From an uncultured Nitrososphaerota archaeon (GTDB taxonomy: Archaea > Thermoproteota > EX4484-205 > JAAOZP01): DNA of 64,000 nucleotides. Of this stretch, positions 57,938 through 64,000 are shown one piece after another. The notes under the pieces were generated by a model that did no database searches, had not been told where the DNA came from, and was given only the letters and a program-made list of their open reading frames with translations. Positions within the stretch are counted from its first letter, which is position 1; each line of letters opens with the position of its first letter. The position numbers and the translations under genes are program-made. Location: NCBI GenBank assembly GCA_964416155.1, contig CAYQCW010000001.1, forward strand, positions 192,001-256,000, written 5' to 3'.

Positions 57938-58429
57938 ATGATCCTGAGGGGAAGAGTCTGGGTTCTTGGAGACCATATCAATACGGACGTGATAATACCT
58001 GCGAAGTACAAGTTTAGAACAGGAGATTTCAAAGAGCTTGCTAAACATGTTTTCGAAGACCTGAATCCGACTCTAGCATCGAAAATATCTAAGGGAGACA
58101 TAGTTGTAGCCGGTAGAAACTTCGGAATGGGTTCAAGTAGGGAACATGCCCCGAGGGTAATTAAGGAAGCGGGAATATCAGCAGTGGTAGCATGCTCCTT
58201 CGCCAGGATATTTTTCAGAAATTCAATAAACGTTGGGTTACCGGTCATAGAGGTTAAGGACGTTAACAAGTATTTCAAGGAGGGAGATATTGCAGTAATA
58301 GACTTTGAAAAGGGAATAGTTAAAAACGAGACGGCAGGCATTGAACTAAGGTTCTCGCCTTACCCAGAATTCATAATGAACTTGATGAAAGCAGGGGGGC
58401 TTGCCGCCTATAGGAAGGGTTCCGTTTAA
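57938..58429 (+). CDS. 3-isopropylmalate dehydratase/homoaconitase small subunit
   Basis: INTDVIIPAKY, NFG.GSSREHA, FARIFFRN..N.GLP, GGL. Confidence 0.95.
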   Translation: MILRGRVWVLGDHINTDVIIPAKYKFRTGDFKELAKHVFEDLNPTLASKISKGDIVVAGRNFGMGSSREHAPRVIKEAGISAVVACSFARIFFRNSINVGLPVIEVKDVNKYFKEGDIAVIDFEKGIVKNETAGIELRFSPYPEFIMNLMKAGGLAAYRKGSV

Positions 58430-58552
58430 GCTACAAACTTTTTAGCGCGCGCTATTGTTGCTGTCTAATACATTAAAAAATAATAAAATAATTAGTAGTA
58501 TTGAAAAAGGCAGAGAACGGAAAGCGGCGATAAACGGCAATAACCGCTTAGC

Positions 58553-59593
58553 TTACTTCCTAAGCTTTTCCACCGCCTTCCTAGCTATTTCCCCAGCCAT
58601 CTGCTGGGTTGAGGCTGACCCACCGAGGTCGTATGTTACAACCTTGTTTTCAGCTATAACCTCTTCTGTAGCCGAGAAAACCGCTTGAGAAAGATCTTTC
58701 TCGCCCAGATAGTTGAGCATCCATGCTCCAGCCAGTATCATCGCCGTCGGGTTAACCTTGTTCAGACCCTTGTATTTAGGGGCGCTTCCATGGGCTGGCT
58801 CAAACATAGCATAATTATCCCCGAAGTTCGCCGAATACACTAGCCCAATGTTTCCTATTAGGGCTGAAGCCTCCTCCGTAAGAATATCCATGAAAAGGTT
58901 TGTTCCAACGATAACGTTCTGGTTAAACCTCTGCGGGTTCTTTATCAATTGCTGGGCGAAATTGTCTACGAAGTAGCTTTCAACATCTATTCCCGGGTAT
59001 CCTCCGCTAACCTTCATGACTGTTGGGACAAATATTCCTCCATCCGTCAGCTTTAGAATATTAGCCTTGTTGATGACTATTACTTTCCTCCAGCCCCTCA
59101 GCCTAGCCTGTTCGAAGGCGAATCTCGCAACCTTCTCCGAGGCTGTTCTAGATATTTTCCTCAACGCTATTCCCACGTCTTCTGAAACCATGAACTCTAT
59201 GCCCGCGTAAAGCCCTTCAGTACCCTCCCTAACGAAAAGCATGTCCACCGGGCCGAGTGGCCCTTCCCGTCCCCTGAAGGTTTTAATCGGCCTAACGTTA
59301 GCGTAAAGGTTGAAAGTCTGCCTAATTGTGACTGCAACACTCTTAGGAGTATGAGGATCCGGCAGTGTTGTCACCGGTGCCTTGTAGCAGGCGTCGCTCT
59401 CCCTCAGGGCTTCCCATGTCTCCTCCGGGAAATATGTTGCTCCACCGTGCTGCTGCCACCATTCCGACCCTGCGTCTCTGACGAGGAACTCTAAACGTTC
59501 CGTCGTCCCGATCGCGTCCATCACTCTCATAGCTGCCTGGGTCAGCTCCGGACCGGTGCCGTCGCCCCTGATCACGACAACCTTCTTAGCCAA
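58553..59593 (-). CDS. Isocitrate/homoisocitrate/isopropylmalate dehydrogenase family
   Basis: [44 protein letters not shown]. Confidence 0.93.
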   Translation of the reverse strand: MAKKVVVIRGDGTGPELTQAAMRVMDAIGTTERLEFLVRDAGSEWWQQHGGATYFPEETWEALRESDACYKAPVTTLPDPHTPKSVAVTIRQTFNLYANVRPIKTFRGREGPLGPVDMLFVREGTEGLYAGIEFMVSEDVGIALRKISRTASEKVARFAFEQARLRGWRKVIVINKANILKLTDGGIFVPTVMKVSGGYPGIDVESYFVDNFAQQLIKNPQRFNQNVIVGTNLFMDILTEEASALIGNIGLVYSANFGDNYAMFEPAHGSAPKYKGLNKVNPTAMILAGAWMLNYLGEKDLSQAVFSATEEVIAENKVVTYDLGGSASTQQMAGEIARKAVEKLRK

Positions 59594-59648
59594 GCGGATC
59601 CCCTATGTTTAAAAAACACCGGTATAAAAACTTATTTTACGCCTAATT

Positions 59649-60167
59649 CTAGTATACACCGGGCCGCTCAGACACCTCCATGTTTTCAAACATGAATCTT
59701 CCCCTGTAGAGTACAGAAGAATCCTCGAGACTCAACAGTATTAGTTGAGCAACCCTTGCCTCCTCCGCGATCCTTACGCCTTGCTTGTTGAACACGACCA
59801 TCAGGCCCATCCCCCTACCCTTGTAGCCTGGATCCCAGACAGCAGTGTATATGGTTACACCATTCCTGAGCAGGCTCGACCTTGGGAGGAGCAGCCCCAG
59901 GTGCCCCGCCGGAATGTTTACGATCTCATGGTAGGTCACCCTGTAGCTTCCCTGCGGCAGCTCGTAGAAACCCGCTTTAGGAATTATGTTTATACCCTTG
60001 GAGAACCTCGGCTCAGCGCTTATCTCACCCTCCTCGACGAGAACCTGTATTTTCTCCAGCGTGAGGTCAACGCCGGCAGGCTGAACCTGCTCCTCAACGC
60101 TTCTCAAACCCTCTACAACACCCATTTCAACCATTCTTCTACCGGATAAGACTGGCATCAGGATCAT
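59649..60167 (-). CDS. Trimeric dUTPase / dCTP deaminase family
   Basis: QPAGVDLT, PRSSLLR.G, AVWDPGY.G, R.AQ, Y.G. Confidence 0.88.
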   Translation of the reverse strand: MILMPVLSGRRMVEMGVVEGLRSVEEQVQPAGVDLTLEKIQVLVEEGEISAEPRFSKGINIIPKAGFYELPQGSYRVTYHEIVNIPAGHLGLLLPRSSLLRNGVTIYTAVWDPGYKGRGMGLMVVFNKQGVRIAEEARVAQLILLSLEDSSVLYRGRFMFENMEVSERPGVY

Positions 60168-60996
60168 CCTCCGCCGAAACCCTGTATCCTGCTCCTACGG
60201 CGACAGCGTACTCAGGCAGCTTAGGCACGATGGGTTTGACGCCGAAGCTTGAAAGAGCCCTCTGAATACTTTTAAGCACAGGCGGCAGCTTCGCAACCCT
60301 CCCAACCAGAATAACCTTATCCTCAAGCTCGAGCTTTGAGGCAGCGAGAAACGTGACTGAAGCCACAACCTCGCCGACTAGATTAGTTATTCCGGCGGCA
60401 AGATCCTCAGGGCTCGAAGTGTCCCCAACCCTTCCAAGGTTTGAGGCAGTCATCTCAGCGGAGAGTATGCCTATTCCATCGCCAACTATCTCGCCAACAG
60501 TCAGGTCGACTCTTCGAGGATCCCCCTTCTCAGCCATCTCCACGAGAATGCTTACACTCGAGATCCCGAGCATCTTCCTCGCCAGCCCCAGAAGAGTACC
60601 CCCGCCCACGCCGGTTCCCCCGACATGTCTTATTCTCTTCCCGTTTTCCCTCACCTCTATGAGCGCTGTGCCGGTGCCCATGCTTACGACTAAGGCTTCA
60701 TCCAACCCGGTTAACACTATCCCGCCTGTTCCCGCGGCGACGATCTCGTTAACCTTCACTACCCTAAGGCCGAGAATGCTGTCTGGAAGCTGACTGCTCC
60801 TGCCGCCAGCTATCGCTAATACTTCAACATCCTTAAGGGAGCAGCCCATCATGACTATAAGCTTCCCGAGAAGACCTATGGAGGTGGCAAGGGGGTCTGA
60901 AGACGGCATTTCACTCACGCCAAGTATCTCCTTCCCCTTTAAGGCGACGGCTTTCGTAGTCGAGCCTCCGATGTCTATTCCGACAGCGATCTTCAA
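60139..60996 (-). CDS. Type II pantothenate kinase-like (CoaW/Fumble, ASKHA fold)
   Basis: GIDIGGSTTK, NE...G.G, SMGTGT, GGTGVGGGT..GL, G....VDL.V.EI, TASNLG. Confidence 0.75.
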   Translation of the reverse strand: MKIAVGIDIGGSTTKAVALKGKEILGVSEMPSSDPLATSIGLLGKLIVMMGCSLKDVEVLAIAGGRSSQLPDSILGLRVVKVNEIVAAGTGGIVLTGLDEALVVSMGTGTALIEVRENGKRIRHVGGTGVGGGTLLGLARKMLGISSVSILVEMAEKGDPRRVDLTVGEIVGDGIGILSAEMTASNLGRVGDTSSPEDLAAGITNLVGEVVASVTFLAASKLELEDKVILVGRVAKLPPVLKSIQRALSSFGVKPIVPKLPEYAVAVGAGYRVSAEDDPDASLIR

Positions 60997-61049
60997 ACCT
61001 TATACTGGCAGTGTGAAGACGGTTTTAACCTTTTACGCAGCCCTGTTCC

Positions 61050-61841
61050 TCATCTAACAGGCTTGAGAAAAGGGTAAGCTCTGTATATCAAGTCTAGTAT
61101 GGGAGGAACCACCAGTATGAAAGGGATTTCTGTTCCGAAGACCCATATGAAGAAGTAAAAAGCCAGGGCGAGGTCCGCCTTAACCCCCGTTAAAGGCAGG
61201 CCGAACAGCTGGCTGTAAAACCATATGCCTAAACCTATCCAAGCAGCACCCGCGAGGAGGCCGAGTGTCCCGCCAACATAGTAGTTCAGATAGTCTTTCC
61301 TAATCCTGCCCGCAGTGAAACCCAGCGTGAATACGACTACCCCGAAAATCAGTAGAAGTGTTGAAACCCATCCCATTCCTGTTTCAACCATTCCTGTTGA
61401 AACCATGTATTCAAAGTATAGAAGAGGGCCGAAGGCTGAGACTGCGAGCAGGATTAAAGGTATGGTTGTCTTTAAACCATTCCAATCCGCTCTGGATCTG
61501 CCTATCCTACCCAGAATGTAGAACCCTAGAAAGTTGGAGGGTACTCCGGCGATAAGGCTTAGAAGAGGATTAGTCTGCCCAGTAGCGTAGAAAACGTAAA
61601 GGTCGCTCAGGAAGATCCCTATTGCTGCACCCGTTCCCCCTGTTAAAGGGTCGAAAAGCATCGAGAAGATTGCCGGCACGAATACTGAAGGCCAGAACCT
61701 CACCACGCCTACGACAGGCGTGAAAATCCCAAGGAAGGTGGCGATACCAACTACGGCGTATAGCGCAGCGCAGAGACCTGTTGCAACAACCCTTCTCGCC
61801 GCCGATGTCTGAACACTGTTTCGCGAGCCCATTCTGCCCAC
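61050..61841 (-). CDS. ECF transporter S component, enlarged
   Basis: AALYA, VRFWP....PA....F.P..GG.GAAIGIF.SD, GVPSNF, EIPF. Confidence 0.78.
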   Translation of the reverse strand: MGRMGSRNSVQTSAARRVVATGLCAALYAVVGIATFLGIFTPVVGVVRFWPSVFVPAIFSMLFDPLTGGTGAAIGIFLSDLYVFYATGQTNPLLSLIAGVPSNFLGFYILGRIGRSRADWNGLKTTIPLILLAVSAFGPLLYFEYMVSTGMVETGMGWVSTLLLIFGVVVFTLGFTAGRIRKDYLNYYVGGTLGLLAGAAWIGLGIWFYSQLFGLPLTGVKADLALAFYFFIWVFGTEIPFILVVPPILDLIYRAYPFLKPVR

Positions 61842-61923
61842 CGGTTTTCCGAAGCCTCGTATAAATGTACCGTATTTATTTTATATATTGTAAATAAAAA
61901 TTCAAAAAGTATATATTTTCTCT

Positions 61924-62925
61924 TTGCAGTATGTACTTAGCATGGTCTGGAAAAGAAGAGTCTTGAAAGCAGGATCAGGCTCATTCCTCATAACGCTTCC
62001 AAAAGCCTGGGTTAAGCAGAGCAAGATAGATACGGGAATGACTTTAACCATGGTTAGCAACAAGGATGGTTCTCTAACGATAATGCCTGAGGGAGGCGGA
62101 AGGCTCGTGGAGGAGGTTGCTAAAATAGATCTTCCCAGCCAGGAGTTGAAGCCGCAGCACGTCTTGCTCGGAAGCTATTTGCTCGGCTACAACACGATAA
62201 TCATTAGAAGCGTGGAAGAGTTTTCGACAGCCGAAATATCAGAGGTGCGTAAGATAGTTAGGAGGCTGCCCGGGGCAGAAATATCAGAGGAGACTTCAAA
62301 CCAGATGGAGGTTAGAGTTTTGCTCGACCCGGAGATGATTACTCCTGAGAAACTCCTCAGGAGGCAGAGCGCTCTTGCTGCAAGCATGATATCCGACTGC
62401 GTTAAAGCGTTAGTGAAGATGGATAAAGAGCTTGCTGAAAGGATTATTGAGAGGGATGAGGAGGTTGACAGACAGTACTTCATACTCGTCAGAGTGATCA
62501 GGGCTGCTTTAAGGAACCCTGAGCTTCCGGCTAAGATAGGGATGGACTTCCTAAACCTGATGGATCTCAGGATGCTGGTGAAATATGTTGAGGATACTGC
62601 GGACCAGTGTGTCCAAATATCCAGGGAGGTTGTTAAGATGCACGGCAGGGTTAAAAGGATAAGCCTAGCCGGGTTAAGCAGCATAGGTGAAACACTAAGC
62701 GATATGCATATTAAAGCCATAGGGCTTTTCAGCATTTTCAATGCCAGCGTTGTGAACGAGATAATGGTGAAGCATGCGGAGGTTGAGGAGAAGCTTCTGA
62801 GCCTTGAGGAGAAACAGGATTACAGGCCATATGCAACCAGCCTAGTTAAAGTCTTCAACAGTCTTGTGAAAATACTTGAAAACATTAAGGATATCGTGGA
62901 GCTCGTGTCAATAAAGGCTTTTTAA
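61924..62925 (+). CDS. Phosphate uptake regulator PhoU with N-terminal AbrB domain
   Basis: R......GS..ITLPK.W, YL.GY..I, ERDEEVDR.YF, E..AD. Confidence 0.9.
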   Translation: MQYVLSMVWKRRVLKAGSGSFLITLPKAWVKQSKIDTGMTLTMVSNKDGSLTIMPEGGGRLVEEVAKIDLPSQELKPQHVLLGSYLLGYNTIIIRSVEEFSTAEISEVRKIVRRLPGAEISEETSNQMEVRVLLDPEMITPEKLLRRQSALAASMISDCVKALVKMDKELAERIIERDEEVDRQYFILVRVIRAALRNPELPAKIGMDFLNLMDLRMLVKYVEDTADQCVQISREVVKMHGRVKRISLAGLSSIGETLSDMHIKAIGLFSIFNASVVNEIMVKHAEVEEKLLSLEEKQDYRPYATSLVKVFNSLVKILENIKDIVELVSIKAF

Positions 62926-64000
62926 ACGCTAAGCTTCTCTAACAGCCGCCCATTCTGAGCCTCATTGTTTAAACGCAGCAGCAACTCCTCCTTCGAGTCG
63001 ACCCCTATCAGAGACTTCACAGCAGCATCTAAAAGACTTGAAACAGGCTCTACAACAATGCCTTTAGACTCTAAGAGCTCAATTATCTTAAGGCTCTTCA
63101 TAGACTCATAGTTGAAAACGGGGACGAGGAGCTTCTTCGCATACTTGTCCGCCAACGCTGCATCTATCTTACCCATGCCCCTGTGATCCAGTCCTCCAAC
63201 CGGCCATACCTCACCCTTAGCCGTTATCGCACCCGTCATTATGACCGTCGGATCCACCTCGATACCGGTGAAGGCAGAAATCATTGCCACGCCTATTGCC
63301 AGCCCGGCTGAAGGGCCGGAAACAGGAGGATACGAGAGGCCTGGGCGGAGCTGAAGCTTCTCCATGCCTTTCGCCGGAGTGACTAGCTCCACGAAAACAT
63401 CGTGATTCTTAAACCTCCACTCGGAGATGCTATTGACATATATGAAAGCGTCTTCAGCACTAGCCTGAATGCTCTCACCATACTCGCTTCCAACAACCTT
63501 CACAACACCTTTCCCCCTGGGATTAGTGATAACCTCTACGACGCTCACGAACCCGCTCTGCTCGCCAGCAGCACCTATGGCGACGAGACCATAGGTTTTA
63601 CCAACCTCAGGGCTTTCAACCCTTACGCTCTTATCGATCATCGTGCGAGCCTCGCTAACGGCCTCCTCCTCTGAAAGGGTTTCCAACGCCTCTTGGAAGT
63701 GAATAGGCTGAAGCGGATAGTTTGAAGCAGAGACAAGCCTGAGTCTGTCTAGGAAGCCTTCGGAATCCTGGCCTACTCCAAGTATCCTGGAAAGCCTCTC
63801 CAGATCCTTAGCGTAGATTTTTCTTATTTCCTCAACCGGGCGGCTCTCGTCAATTGTTTTAACAAGCTGCCTCGCGGCATCCAACTCCTTAACCCTTAGC
63901 CTGTTAGCCTCGTTAATCACGTCGGCAATCCTCCTGGGGCTTAAAGCCTTCTTTCTAAGTATTTCCAGCACGTTGTCCACGTTTGCTTCAGGGCTAAGTA
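62922..64000 (-). CDS. Lon-type (S16) protease domain protein, N-terminus beyond window
   Basis: YGL, SGPSAGLA, MTGAI...G.V.PVGG, KIDAA; the frame stays open to the window edge. Confidence 0.85.
   Translation of the reverse strand, partial: LSPEANVDNVLEILRKKALSPRRIADVINEANRLRVKELDAARQLVKTIDESRPVEEIRKIYAKDLERLSRILGVGQDSEGFLDRLRLVSASNYPLQPIHFQEALETLSEEEAVSEARTMIDKSVRVESPEVGKTYGLVAIGAAGEQSGFVSVVEVITNPRGKGVVKVVGSEYGESIQASAEDAFIYVNSISEWRFKNHDVFVELVTPAKGMEKLQLRPGLSYPPVSGPSAGLAIGVAMISAFTGIEVDPTVIMTGAITAKGEVWPVGGLDHRGMGKIDAALADKYAKKLLVPVFNYESMKSLKIIELLESKGIVVEPVSSLLDAAVKSLIGVDSKEELLLRLNNEAQNGRLLEKLSV

Noticed and set aside
1-64000. tRNA, rRNA, CRISPR array, transposase or integrase
   Set aside because: No T-loop/acceptor structures, regularly spaced repeats or recombinase motifs seen by eye. 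A tRNAscan-SE/Infernal run would be needed to exclude split or intron-rich tRNAs.

Overview
Densely coding 64 kb of archaeal chromosome, probably TACK/Thermoproteota (Bathyarchaeia- or Brockarchaeota-like). The lineage is inferred from eS25, Alba, Rpo6, thermosome, arcadin-1, a CdvA-like protein, TATA/BRE promoters and frequent TTG starts. Most content is housekeeping: a K+-independent membrane pyrophosphatase, a DtxR-regulated Zn/Mn ABC transporter, Cdc48, DNA ligase, a TatD-DUF429-Lhr-MPE operon, PheRS, adenine deaminase, Sua5, TtuB/TtuA, 2-oxoacid elongation enzymes, PhoU and a truncated Lon-domain protein. I saw no tRNA, rRNA, CRISPR array, transposase or integrase. Standout observations: (1) a box C/D sRNA whose guide predicts 2'-O-methylation of 16S C1402, plus three other structured intergenic RNA candidates; (2) a thermosome subunit lacking the catalytic Asp; (3) convergent CdvA-like and arcadin-1 genes beside a degenerate LarA homolog; (4) two enlarged ECF S-components, each beside a candidate vitamin-salvage kinase (type II PanK and a PurM/ThiL-fold protein); (5) a divergent class I isoprenoid-synthase-fold protein; (6) two decayed islands and two frameshifted GNAT genes. 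All family calls come from motif recognition by eye, not database searches.
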